A DNA stretch of 64,000 bases from contig JBFLWA010000001.1 in the NCBI GenBank assembly GCA_040758135.1, positions 134,713 to 198,712 of the forward strand, read 5' to 3'. Shown piece by piece: positions 45,390-54,264 of this stretch. The position numbers and the translations under genes are program-made. Each line of letters begins with the position of its first letter. Within the stretch, counting starts at the first letter, position 1. This DNA is from Bacillota bacterium. Its GTDB lineage: Bacteria > Bacillota > Sulfobacillia > JBFLWA01. Under the pieces are notes generated by a model, which had not been told where the DNA came from, made no database searches, and saw nothing but the letters and a program-made list of their open reading frames with translations.

Positions 45390-47014
45390 GGCGACCACGT
45401 TACCAACGCTTGAGGCAACACCGCCGCAGGAGCGGTTCGGTCTGGTTGGGCATCATCGCGGTACTGATTCTAGCCATCGCCGGCTGGTTCTATCTGACCA
45501 GACCGGTTTCCGGCTATTTCGTCCTGGTGCAGTCGGCTGAACCCGAGACACTACTACCCCATACCCTGGAGACCGAAGCCAGCTGGCGGCTGGCGCCCCT
45601 CATCTACAGCAGCCTGGTCCGGCTGCAGGGAGACGGGACTCTTGCTTCTGATCTGGCCGAGTCGTGGTGGACCGAGGACTCCGGGCTAAGCTGGGTCTTT
45701 CGGCTAAGGGAGGGAGCTGCCTGGCACGACGGACGGCCGGTGACCGTTGACGATGTGCTATTCACCTATAAGACCCTGGCCCGCCCCGATTGTCCCGGGC
45801 CACTCGGCCGGAAGTGGCGGGATATCCCGGTGGAGTCGCCTGGAGCCCAGCTGGTGGTCTTCCGGTTGCCCGAGGCCGACCCGTTCTTCCCCCGACGGGT
45901 CGCGGCAGTGCCGGTGGTTCCCGCCCAGCATCTCCAGGGAATCCACCCGGCTGACTGGCGGGCCTCTTCCTTCGGCCAGAAGCCAGTGGGTTCTGGCCCC
46001 TTCCGCCTGGTGGCCTGGGAGAAAGGGAAGAGCCTGCAGCTGGTGCCTCACGACCAGTATCACTTGGGACGGGCCGCGCTGGCCGGATTTGAGGTGCGCT
46101 TCCTGGCTGAGGTACCGGACCCGGGCAGCCTGAGGCGATGGGGACTGGATGCAGTCCTGGTGTCCGGCGATGTGAATCAGCCGGCTGGCCTCTTCTGTTC
46201 GCGCCAAGCCTCCCGGGCTATCGCGGTCGGTTCGACCTGGTACTACCTGTTAGCCATCAACCAGCGGGAGTGGCCCGGTAACCAGCTGGCCGTGAGAAGG
46301 GCGATCCAGGCGGCCATTGACCGGACTCTGCTGGTCAGAGCGGTGGGAGAGACCAAGTTCAGTGCGGTGGGCAACCCTCTGGAGCCCTACCGCTGGCTTG
46401 GCCTCACCCGGCCGACGCGCGCCTCTGTACCCCAGACCATCCTGGCCGATGCCGGCTTTGCTGATGCCAACGGTGATGGGGTCTGGGAGCGGGGAGGGGC
46501 AGAGCTGGCGGCCAAGCTCGTTGTCTGGCAGGCCGATGCTGACCGGGTACAGCTGGCGCGGGCGATTGCCCGCCAGCTGGGTTCAGCCGGCTTTAGGGTT
46601 GAGGTAGTGGAGGTGGACTATGCTGAATTCCTGGCTGCTACCCTGATCCGCCAGGACTATCAGTTGGCCATTGGACTTCTGGACTTCGGCGGTTTTGCCC
46701 CCCTGGACGAGCTGCTCGGGTCCGGCGCCGGACCAACCGCTGATGACACGGGCTATATCAGGGGCGGTGCTAACTACTTTGGCCATAAAGACCCAGCGCT
46801 CGACCAGAAACTGGCCGAGTTCAAAAAGGCGGATAATGAAGATAGCCTTAAAACCGCACTTTGGGAGATTAACCAGCTATTAATCGATAATCCACCATTT
46901 ATCCCGTTGCTCGCCCCCCGGACTAGCCTCATTATAGGGAACGGTGTTCGTCAGGTGAATGCCGGACCTTATTCGCTGTTCAGTGAAGTCCATCTGTGGC
47001 GAAAAGTACGTTAA
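45386..47014 (+). CDS. ABC transporter substrate-binding protein, family 5 (peptide/nickel type), orphan
   Basis: ATG 45386 with GGAGGG RBS; overlaps the slt stop. N-terminal TM anchor. SBP_bac_5 signature region 'WTEDSGLSWVFRLREGAAWHDGRPVTVDDVLFT'. Confidence 0.75.
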   Translation: MRRPRYQRLRQHRRRSGSVWLGIIAVLILAIAGWFYLTRPVSGYFVLVQSAEPETLLPHTLETEASWRLAPLIYSSLVRLQGDGTLASDLAESWWTEDSGLSWVFRLREGAAWHDGRPVTVDDVLFTYKTLARPDCPGPLGRKWRDIPVESPGAQLVVFRLPEADPFFPRRVAAVPVVPAQHLQGIHPADWRASSFGQKPVGSGPFRLVAWEKGKSLQLVPHDQYHLGRAALAGFEVRFLAEVPDPGSLRRWGLDAVLVSGDVNQPAGLFCSRQASRAIAVGSTWYYLLAINQREWPGNQLAVRRAIQAAIDRTLLVRAVGETKFSAVGNPLEPYRWLGLTRPTRASVPQTILADAGFADANGDGVWERGGAELAAKLVVWQADADRVQLARAIARQLGSAGFRVEVVEVDYAEFLAATLIRQDYQLAIGLLDFGGFAPLDELLGSGAGPTADDTGYIRGGANYFGHKDPALDQKLAEFKKADNEDSLKTALWEINQLLIDNPPFIPLLAPRTSLIIGNGVRQVNAGPYSLFSEVHLWRKVR

Positions 47015-47070
47015 AGGCCGGTAAATGAGCTTGCATGGTTAATGGGACTATGCTATGATATGTTGTGCAA

Positions 47071-47154
47071 GCCGAAGTGGCGGAATTGGCAGACGCGCGG
47101 TGTTCAGGGCGCCGTAGGCAGCAGCCTGTGTGGGTTCAAATCCCACCTTCGGCA
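47071..47154 (+). tRNA. tRNA-Leu (anticodon CAG)
   Basis: GCCGAAGTGGCGGAATTGGCAGACGCGCGGTGTTCAGGGCGCCG...GGGTTCAAATCCCACCTTCGGCA: anticodon loop UUCAGGG; long variable arm. Confidence 0.8.
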
Positions 47155-47157
47155 CCG

Positions 47158-47195
47158 GAGACCAGGTGACTTCATTTATCTGGTCTTTTTTGTTT
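47158..47195 (+). terminator. rho-independent terminator after the tRNA
   Basis: GACCAG-gtgacttcatttat-CTGGTC then TTTTTTGTTTGT. Confidence 0.6.
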
Positions 47196-47346
47196 GTACT
47201 ACCTGCTCCCGGGACCCAGGTCGAGATCGTTCAGATAGTCTCCAAGCTCTTCTACCGGAATGCCACCGAGTACGAGGTGCACCTCCTTCTGCTTCTCCGC
47301 CTCAGCTCCGGCGCGGTTCCCCGAAAACTGCGGATCATCCATGTCC

Positions 47347-47590
47347 ACTACACCGGGACGGACTGCCCTTCGCCGAGGCTTGCGCCAGGGTGATCGGCCC
47401 CGAGGCCGCCCCCGGAAACTACCTTTCTCCTCCAGCCTTCCCCAGGTGCAAAGCTCGGAATGACCGGCTGACCGGAAAAACGGGCCGAATCGCCCCAGAT
47501 CCTAGCCCGGCTCATCCTCCTGGCCAGGTCTTTGTGGACCGCCCGGGCGAAGTCCTCGACCGTGCTACCCCGGGATAGGATGAACGGTTT
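47347..47590 (-). pseudogene. remnant of a TGS-domain GTPase (YchF/DRG-like C-terminus)
   Basis: The minus-strand frame opens right after a TGA and reads 'YVKPFILSRGSTVEDFARAVHKDLARRMSRARIWGDSARFSGQPVIPS...*'. This resembles TGS 'G.T..DFA..IH.dl...f..A.vwG.S.k...Q.VG'. No G-domain lies upstream. Confidence 0.3.
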
Positions 47591-47772
47591 TACATATCAT
47601 CGCTTCCGGTGTAAACCCGAATCAGACCACTGATCTATTACGGACTTTAAACTACAGTGGCCCGTCATCCGTGACTTCAGTTTCCAGTAACTGCTGCCGG
47701 AAGGTGTCGGATGGTGTCACAATGAACTTAAGAGGTAATAGTTATAAACATAGTGGGGGGGGAGGGGGCGGA

Positions 47773-49122
47773 GTGAGGGCAGCGCGCAATACCAGGCTAG
47801 TGGCAGCGACTATGGCCGCTGCGCTGCTGGCGGTCACTGTCTACCCCTACCTGGCCCCCGCCCCGGCAGGCGATTATCGTCCCTTCCCGGAGCTGGACCC
47901 AGACGACCGGGTGCTCATCCTGGCTCCACACCCCGATGACGAGATTCTGGGGACAGCCGGCCTGATGATGGCAGCTCAGGCCGTCGGTGCCGAGGTCCGC
48001 ATAGTCCTGGTCACCAGTGGAGACGGTTACTCCTGGGCAGCCCGGGCCTGGCTGAAGAAGACAAATGTCTCCCGCGATGATCTCATCGCCTTCGGCCAAG
48101 TGCGGGAAGCTGAGTCACGGACGGCCTTGGCCCGGTTGGGGGTGGAGGAATTCGCCCTGCAATACCTGGGCTATCCGGACCGGGGTCTAGCTGCTCTGTG
48201 GGAGGCCCACTGGGAAGTTCCGGCCACCAGCCGGTTCACCGGTCGCAGCAGTGACCCCGAAGGGAACAGTACTTACACCGGAAGCGAGCTGCTGCGCCGT
48301 CTGGAGCAGATCCTCAGCGGCTACCAGCCCACCGTCCTGCTGCTTCCCCATCCATTGGATGCCCATAGCGACCATTGGGCGCTGGCTGGCTTTACTCTCC
48401 AGGCCTTAGCCCGGCAATCCACAGGATGGGGTTCGAAGCCCCGCGTCGTGGCCGGCTATCTGGTGCACCGTGGCGCCTGGCCGTTACCCCGGGCCTATCG
48501 TCCCGGAGCGGGCCTCTATCCGCCCGGCACCCTGCGCGACCTGGATCTGGAGTGGATGGTCCTGCCTCTATCGTCAGAAGCGGTGGCCAAGAAGCGCGAG
48601 GCGATTGCCGCTTTTGCCACCCAGCGCCGCATGATGCCCGCCTACCTTGATAGTTTCGCCCGGGCTAATGAGCTGTTCGGCGAGGTGAAGGGCGTCATCC
48701 TCGCAGAGGATTCTGGCGCGGTCGACGGGGTGCGGATCTGGCGCGATCCCCGGAGTGACACCATTATCAGACGGTTGGCACCGTCGGTTGACATTGCTGA
48801 GGTCTGGGCGAGATGGGCTGGAGACCAGATTACCGTAACCGCGTACAGCCGCGGTCGGCTGGCGACTCTGGCCCGCGGCCGATTGCTGGTGACCGCCCTG
48901 CGACAGTTGACCGCGCCCACTACCATCACTGTTATGCCGGCTTCCGCCGGGGGGCTGCGGCTGGTCTACCGTGGCCAGGTTCGGCTGGATCCGGGCACCT
49001 GCGAGCTGTTGGTCGTCTTCCAGACCAGGCTTGGCTGGTGGGGGTTGGATCAGACCCCGGCCATCCTGCTCATCCTGGACAGAGGAGGTGGGCTCAGTGA
49101 TCCGGCTGGCTGGCCCCGGTGA
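47773..49122 (+). CDS. LmbE/PIG-L family N-acetylglucosaminyl deacetylase with about 200-aa C-terminal extension
   Basis: GTG 47773 preceded by GGGGGGGGAGGGGG; N-terminal TM/signal 'LVAATMAAALLAVTV'; 'LILAPHPDDEILGTAGLM' and 'HPLDAHSDH' PIG-L motifs. Confidence 0.75.
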   Translation: MRAARNTRLVAATMAAALLAVTVYPYLAPAPAGDYRPFPELDPDDRVLILAPHPDDEILGTAGLMMAAQAVGAEVRIVLVTSGDGYSWAARAWLKKTNVSRDDLIAFGQVREAESRTALARLGVEEFALQYLGYPDRGLAALWEAHWEVPATSRFTGRSSDPEGNSTYTGSELLRRLEQILSGYQPTVLLLPHPLDAHSDHWALAGFTLQALARQSTGWGSKPRVVAGYLVHRGAWPLPRAYRPGAGLYPPGTLRDLDLEWMVLPLSSEAVAKKREAIAAFATQRRMMPAYLDSFARANELFGEVKGVILAEDSGAVDGVRIWRDPRSDTIIRRLAPSVDIAEVWARWAGDQITVTAYSRGRLATLARGRLLVTALRQLTAPTTITVMPASAGGLRLVYRGQVRLDPGTCELLVVFQTRLGWWGLDQTPAILLILDRGGGLSDPAGWPR

Positions 49123-49705
49123 CGAATTCCGAATTGCCGAGATCTTTGCGGCTGCCTTTGCGGACAGCATCTCCTTCTACGCGCCCGGTGGCGTTTCGTT
49201 GGGGCTGCTCGCGCTCTGGCCCGAACTGGCCCGCCGGGCTGAACCCGAGGCCCTGCTGGTGAAAGCAGATGCCGAAGGAACCATCCAGGGCTACATATTC
49301 AGCCCGTCACAGACCGGGCGGCTCTGGCGGATAGCTCTGACCCCTGGCTATCTGACCCGGGTCATCCGCCGTTTGTTAGAAGAAGGCTTGCCCTGGCGCC
49401 GGTTGCCCCTGGGCAAGCTTCTGGGGAATAAGCTATGGTTTTGGCGTACCGACCGCGGTCACGGGACCCCTGCCCGCATCCTCTCGCTGGCGGTTGACCC
49501 TGGGGCGCACGGTCGGGGGTACGGGCGCGAGCTCCTGGCGGCGGGCTTATCCTATCTGCGAGCCAAGGGGTGCCCGGTGGTCACTCTGGAGGTGCGTCCG
49601 GACAACGCTCCCGCGCGGCAGCTCTACCAGATGGCGGGGTTTGCGGTAGTGGGGGAGACCAGGGACGCGCAGGGACCATGGATTATCATGCAAAGAGATC
49701 TCTAG
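49097..49705 (+). CDS. GNAT-family N-acetyltransferase
   Basis: GTG 49097 with GGAGGTG RBS, overlapping the LmbE 3' end by 26 nt; acetyl-CoA motif 'LAVDPGAHGRGYGRELL'. Confidence 0.75.
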   Translation: MIRLAGPGDEFRIAEIFAAAFADSISFYAPGGVSLGLLALWPELARRAEPEALLVKADAEGTIQGYIFSPSQTGRLWRIALTPGYLTRVIRRLLEEGLPWRRLPLGKLLGNKLWFWRTDRGHGTPARILSLAVDPGAHGRGYGRELLAAGLSYLRAKGCPVVTLEVRPDNAPARQLYQMAGFAVVGETRDAQGPWIIMQRDL

Positions 49706-50535
49706 TCCAACAGGAGGATATCGAATACCTCGGGGCTGGGCAGGTCAATCCAGCTATAGCCAGCAGTCTTCTTGTTGAATATATGGATGCCACCCCGATT
49801 GGAGACAAAGCGCCGTCCACCCCACTGCATGGTCTGGTGCAGGTTGGTGCCGCGCATCTGGCTTTCCCCCAGGTAAATGCATTCATCGTCCACGGCCAGA
49901 CCCCGGGCGTAGCCGTTAATGTTGGCCACCGGCTGCCCCTGGCAGCAGGCATGGCCCTTCACGCTCTCACAGTGGTAGATCTCATTATTGAACAGGTAGA
50001 CATCGTGGATGACTTCCGCCCCTGAGATCAGGACCTTCCCCCAGCTCAGGCCCTTCTTGTTGAGTTCGACCACACCGCCATCGTAGTGGTAGTTCTTGCC
50101 CTTGATCCGATTGGTCAGTGACCACATGGAGACTAGAATACGGTCGGGGAGGACGAGGATATCGTTGATCCAGTGTCCGTTGCTTTCCTCGGTGAAGGTT
50201 TGCCGGGCGACCACCTTCCAGCCGCGGTGGACATCGAAGGCGACCACTGTATTGCTGGCCGAACAGGTGGCATAGAGCCAACCGTTCTTCGGATCGAAAC
50301 TGATCCCGTGCAGGTCTCGGCCGGGAAAGTCGAAACTGCTGACGGTGCTGAAGTCCCGCAGATCCAGGGCCTGAAAACCTAGTTGGCAATTGGCCACGAA
50401 GACCAGGCCATCACCGATGTCGACACCCCGCAGTTCGTCGGAGAGATGCCGGGTGACGGTGCCGTCCCGGGCAATGGTATAGAGGCTGCCACCCGCGTGA
50501 CAGCAGCTTACCAATAAGCGTCGCGTAAGTATCAC
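49702..50535 (-). CDS. small beta-propeller protein of unknown function (uncharacterised conserved family)
   Basis: 277 aa; repeated blade-like segments 'WLYATCSASNTVVAFD', 'HWINDILVLPDRILV', 'YHYDGGVVE'; 3' end overlaps the convergent GNAT by 4 nt; start overlaps the sat stop. Confidence 0.55.
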   Translation of the reverse strand: MILTRRLLVSCCHAGGSLYTIARDGTVTRHLSDELRGVDIGDGLVFVANCQLGFQALDLRDFSTVSSFDFPGRDLHGISFDPKNGWLYATCSASNTVVAFDVHRGWKVVARQTFTEESNGHWINDILVLPDRILVSMWSLTNRIKGKNYHYDGGVVELNKKGLSWGKVLISGAEVIHDVYLFNNEIYHCESVKGHACCQGQPVANINGYARGLAVDDECIYLGESQMRGTNLHQTMQWGGRRFVSNRGGIHIFNKKTAGYSWIDLPSPEVFDILLLD

Positions 50536-51725
50536 CTCCCTTCCTCTGACTGGACAAATGGGTCGCCCATCGTCCGGAGCCAGGCGGCGATCTCCGGCCT
50601 TAGGAACCGCTCGAGCTCGACCGAGTTGGTCTCCAGGGCCTGCCGCAGGCGGGTGCCGCTGAAGCTGAAGCGCTCGCTCTCTGGGTGGGGGCAGATATGG
50701 CTATTGGCCACCGCCTGGCAGCGGGCGCAGTAGAAGGCCTCCTCGAACGGGAGGGGGGTAATCCCGAGATCCGGGAATTCTCGGAAGTACTCCTGGGCCT
50801 CATACGGCCCGTAGTAGCAGCCGACCCCGGCGTGGTCGCGCCCCACGATGAAGTGTGTACAGCCGAAGTTCTTGCGCATAAGGGCGTGGTGAATGGCTTC
50901 CTTGGGGCCAGCATAGCGCATCTCGTAGCTGAGGGGGGCCAACAGGGCCCTGGCGGCCGGGTAATACCCTTCAAGCAACCGCTGATAGGCACCGATAATG
51001 ATCTCATCCCGAAAGTCGCCGGGTTTCTTGCGCCCGATAACCGGCTGGATCAGCAGCCCATCAGCAAGGGTCAGAGCCGTCTTCTGGATATACTCATGGC
51101 CGAGGTGCGGCACATTTCTGGTCTGGAAGGCGACGATCCGCTTCCAGCCCCGGGCGGCCAGGAGTGCACGAACCTGACGGGGAGGTGGGCAGACCACCGG
51201 CGATCCTATTCGGGTGGTCGAGGCCAGTTTCACCACATCGCCGGCCAGAAACCACCGCCCCAGCCGGAGCGCCCGGGTCACCCCCGGGTGGCCCGGGTCT
51301 TCGGTCCCGAACAGCGAGCTGATGAAGGTGGCCCGGTCGGGCTCATAGATCTCCCGTACGGCCATCCCGGCCACCGGTTGGCCCCGGAAGGCCAGGATTA
51401 GGCGCCCCCGCTCGCTGCCCCAGACCCGGAGCAGCTGCTGACGGATCCGGTCGTCGGCGTCCAGCACTATGGGCATGGTCCAGGGGAGGCCGTTGGCCAG
51501 CCGGGCCCGGACCAGCACCGACTCGAGGGTAAGGCGGTCCATATAGCCGGTCAAGGGACTGTAGACGCCCGAAGCCAGGTTCTCTAAGTCAGTTAACTGA
51601 TGGCCGTCAATCTCGAGAATGGAATGCCCCCGCTGGGAGTGGGCGGCCAGCCAGTCTTGCCTGGTCGGCTGGTCGGCCACCAACTCCACCAGATATCCGC
51701 CATGAGGATCATTCATTGTCATCAC
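50532..51725 (-). CDS. sat: sulfate adenylyltransferase (ATP sulfurylase)
   Basis: 'QTRNVPHLGHE' and 'GRDHAGVG' motifs; 397 aa. Confidence 0.9.
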   Translation of the reverse strand: MMTMNDPHGGYLVELVADQPTRQDWLAAHSQRGHSILEIDGHQLTDLENLASGVYSPLTGYMDRLTLESVLVRARLANGLPWTMPIVLDADDRIRQQLLRVWGSERGRLILAFRGQPVAGMAVREIYEPDRATFISSLFGTEDPGHPGVTRALRLGRWFLAGDVVKLASTTRIGSPVVCPPPRQVRALLAARGWKRIVAFQTRNVPHLGHEYIQKTALTLADGLLIQPVIGRKKPGDFRDEIIIGAYQRLLEGYYPAARALLAPLSYEMRYAGPKEAIHHALMRKNFGCTHFIVGRDHAGVGCYYGPYEAQEYFREFPDLGITPLPFEEAFYCARCQAVANSHICPHPESERFSFSGTRLRQALETNSVELERFLRPEIAAWLRTMGDPFVQSEEGR

Positions 51726-52257
51726 CCTCCCTGGTCAGCCACTGGTGGTCCTCCAGCCAGCGCAGGATCCGGGCAGCACTGGCCGGGGGTGGCTCTATAT
51801 CAGTATCGACGGTGATCTCGGGATCGGCCGGAGGCTCGTAGGGGGCGGAGATGCCGGTGAAGTCGGTGATCTCTCCGGCCAGGGCCCGACGGTAGAGTCC
51901 CTTGACATCCCGGGCGATGCAGACCGACAGAGGGCATCTCACATAGACTTCGATGAAGCTCCCAATCAGGTCCCGGCAGCGGGAACGGGCCACCCGGTAG
52001 GGGGAGATGAAAGAGGCAATGACCACCACCCTGTGCTGGTTGAGCAGGCGGGCAACAAAGGCGGCCCGTTCCACATTGCGGTGGCGGTCCTTCTCACTGA
52101 AGCCCAGATCGGACGAGAGTCCAGCTCGCATGATGTCACCGTCCAGAATCTGAACCGGCAGACCGCGCTCCTTCAGCCGCTCCTCGAGGACAGAAGCAAT
52201 GGTGGATTTGCCGGCTCCCGAGAGACCGGTAAGCCAAAGGGTAAAGGCTCGTTGCAC
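51709..52257 (-). CDS. cysC: adenylyl-sulfate (APS) kinase
   Basis: 'LWLTGLSGAGKSTIA' P-loop; 182 aa; overlaps the sat start. Confidence 0.9.
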   Translation of the reverse strand: MQRAFTLWLTGLSGAGKSTIASVLEERLKERGLPVQILDGDIMRAGLSSDLGFSEKDRHRNVERAAFVARLLNQHRVVVIASFISPYRVARSRCRDLIGSFIEVYVRCPLSVCIARDVKGLYRRALAGEITDFTGISAPYEPPADPEITVDTDIEPPPASAARILRWLEDHQWLTREGDDNE

Positions 52258-52293
52258 GATGCTCCCTCCCGGCCTGGCTTCCGGGCCAGTTGC

Positions 52294-52694
52294 TCAGGCT
52301 GCAATAAGGCGGTAGAGTGAGAAGAGCCCCAGGAGGCTAGCTGGCTCCAGCTGATGAGCCGCCCCCAGGAGAAGGGGCGGGGTCGGTGGGAAGTGGCCAG
52401 CAACACCAGGCCCAGGCCGGTCACCAGGATCCTGATATATAGCCTTACATAATAGGCCGACAGGTTCACCGCCAGCAGGACGGCGATGGTGGTGGTTAGG
52501 CTGCTTAGGGCAAAGAGCAGAACTATGCGAAGCGGTTCTGACAGGTGAAGGTGGAGCACCGCCCGCCAACCTTGGCGGCAGACCATGAGTAACAGGATGG
52601 GGGTGAGCAGTGTGCCGTACCCCATACCCAGGGTGGAATCGATGAACTCGGCGGCGAACGCCAAGATTACCAGGAGGCCGAGGCTGTATAGCAA
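52294..52694 (-). pseudogene. TauE/SafE (DUF81) anion-exporter family membrane protein, truncated/frameshifted
   Basis: The first ~105 aa show three TM helices ('FIDSTLGMGYGTLLTPILLL'), followed by low-complexity nonsense that overlaps cysC. A hydrophobic continuation 'PPTPPLLLGAAHQLEPASLLGLFSLYRLIAA*' lies in another frame and ends at 52294. Only about half of a normal DUF81 protein is present. Confidence 0.4.
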
Positions 52695-52926
52695 AGGCGA
52701 GGGCCTCCTCCGCTAAGTTTTCATTGGAGGCACGGTGGCCTCCCATTCATACTACGCGGGCCCAGAGGCGGCGCGGAGGAACCATTGTCCCTGTCCCGAC
52801 GGGGTTAGTAGGGCGAAGCAAGCATTTGTCGTACCGGGCAGGGAAGCACTGGCAGCGGGGAGAATAAATGTTGTATAGAAAGCAGAAAATCGCCGCCCGC
52901 ATTGGACGGCCGGCGCAGGGAGGAAG

Positions 52927-54252
52927 ATGAAGATGCGAACCTACAATGTGACCATCCTCGGAGGCGGTAGCGCCTATACCCCCGGGCTCATCGAGGGCCT
53001 GCTGCGCTTCAGGGATGAGTTTGCCATCAGGCGTCTGGTGCTAATGGATATTGATGAACATAAGCTATCGGTGGTCGGTACGCTGGTTACCCAGATGCTC
53101 AAGACCCAGGTCCCCGAGATAGAGGTGGTCACCACCGGTGACCGTCGGGCCGCGTTGGAGGGGGCCGATTTCGTTCTCTGCCAGATCCGGGTGGGCGGGC
53201 TCCAGGCCCGTCATCTTGACGAGAGCATCCCCCTGGCGCATCAGGTCCTGGGCCAGGAGACCACCGGCCCCGGCGGCTTCTCTATGGCGCTCCGCACCAT
53301 CCCGGTAATGGTGGAGGTCGCGCGAGACATTATGGAGATCGCCCCTGAGGCGTGGCTCATCAACTATACCAACCCCACCGGCATCGTGGCTGAGGCGGTG
53401 CATCGGGTCAGCCCGGTCAAGATGCTCAGCATCTGCGATGTTCCCATGGGGATGCAGTTCTTCATCGCCAAGATCATGGGGGTCCCCACCCGGGAGATCC
53501 GCCTGGACTATGTCGGCCTCAACCACCTGGGCTGGATCCGCCGGGTCTGGCTGAAAGGGCAGGACATATTGCCCCAATTGAGGCAGATGATCGATTCGGT
53601 GGACCTGGATAACCTGCCACCCGGGCTCGCAGTGGATGATCCCCACGCGATGGAAGAGGCCGGCTCGGTACTACGCCTGTTCAAAGAGCTGGACGTTATC
53701 CCTTCCTACTACCTCCAGTACTATTACTATAATGATGAGATGGTCGGGAAGTTGGTCAGGAAGGGCAAGACCCGGGCCCAGGAGGTCATGGAGATCGAGC
53801 AGGACCTCCTGCCATACTACCAGGAGGTGGCCGCCCAGAACCAGCCCTCCCTCTGGAAGAAGCGGGGTGGAGACTGGCACGCTGAGATGATGGTCGGGCT
53901 GGTGTCTTCCATTGCCAACGACAAGCAGGACCTGTCCATTGTCAATGTCCCCAACCGGGGGACGGTGACCGGGATTCCCGATGACAAGGTGGTCGAAGTA
54001 ACGGCCCTAATCGACCGGAGCGGAGCGCATCCGCTTACCGTCGGGCGCATTCCCCTGGATATGCTCGGCCTGATGCAGGTCGTTGGGGCCTACGAGACCC
54101 TCACCGTCGAGGCGGCCCTGGAGGGCTCCTACGCCAAGGCATTGCGGGCCCTGGCCCTGCATCCACTGGTACCGTCACTGACGGTAGCCCGGAAGATCCT
54201 CGACGAGTACTTCAAGGCCCACGCCGATCTCCTGCCCCAATTCAGGAAATAG
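52927..54252 (+). CDS. family 4 glycoside hydrolase (6-phospho-alpha-glucosidase-like, NAD/Mn dependent)
   Basis: 'ILGGGSAYTPG' Rossmann; 'ICDVPMG' and 'GLNHLGW' GH4 motifs. The alternative ATG at 52933 is better spaced from GGGAGGA. Confidence 0.85.
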   Translation: MKMRTYNVTILGGGSAYTPGLIEGLLRFRDEFAIRRLVLMDIDEHKLSVVGTLVTQMLKTQVPEIEVVTTGDRRAALEGADFVLCQIRVGGLQARHLDESIPLAHQVLGQETTGPGGFSMALRTIPVMVEVARDIMEIAPEAWLINYTNPTGIVAEAVHRVSPVKMLSICDVPMGMQFFIAKIMGVPTREIRLDYVGLNHLGWIRRVWLKGQDILPQLRQMIDSVDLDNLPPGLAVDDPHAMEEAGSVLRLFKELDVIPSYYLQYYYYNDEMVGKLVRKGKTRAQEVMEIEQDLLPYYQEVAAQNQPSLWKKRGGDWHAEMMVGLVSSIANDKQDLSIVNVPNRGTVTGIPDDKVVEVTALIDRSGAHPLTVGRIPLDMLGLMQVVGAYETLTVEAALEGSYAKALRALALHPLVPSLTVARKILDEYFKAHADLLPQFRK

Positions 54253-54264
54253 GGGGAGTGGATA

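Noticed and set aside
47042-47578. 178-aa plus-strand ORF
   Set aside because: It reads through tRNA-Leu(CAG) and its terminator, and it is low complexity (Pro/Arg/Gly rich).
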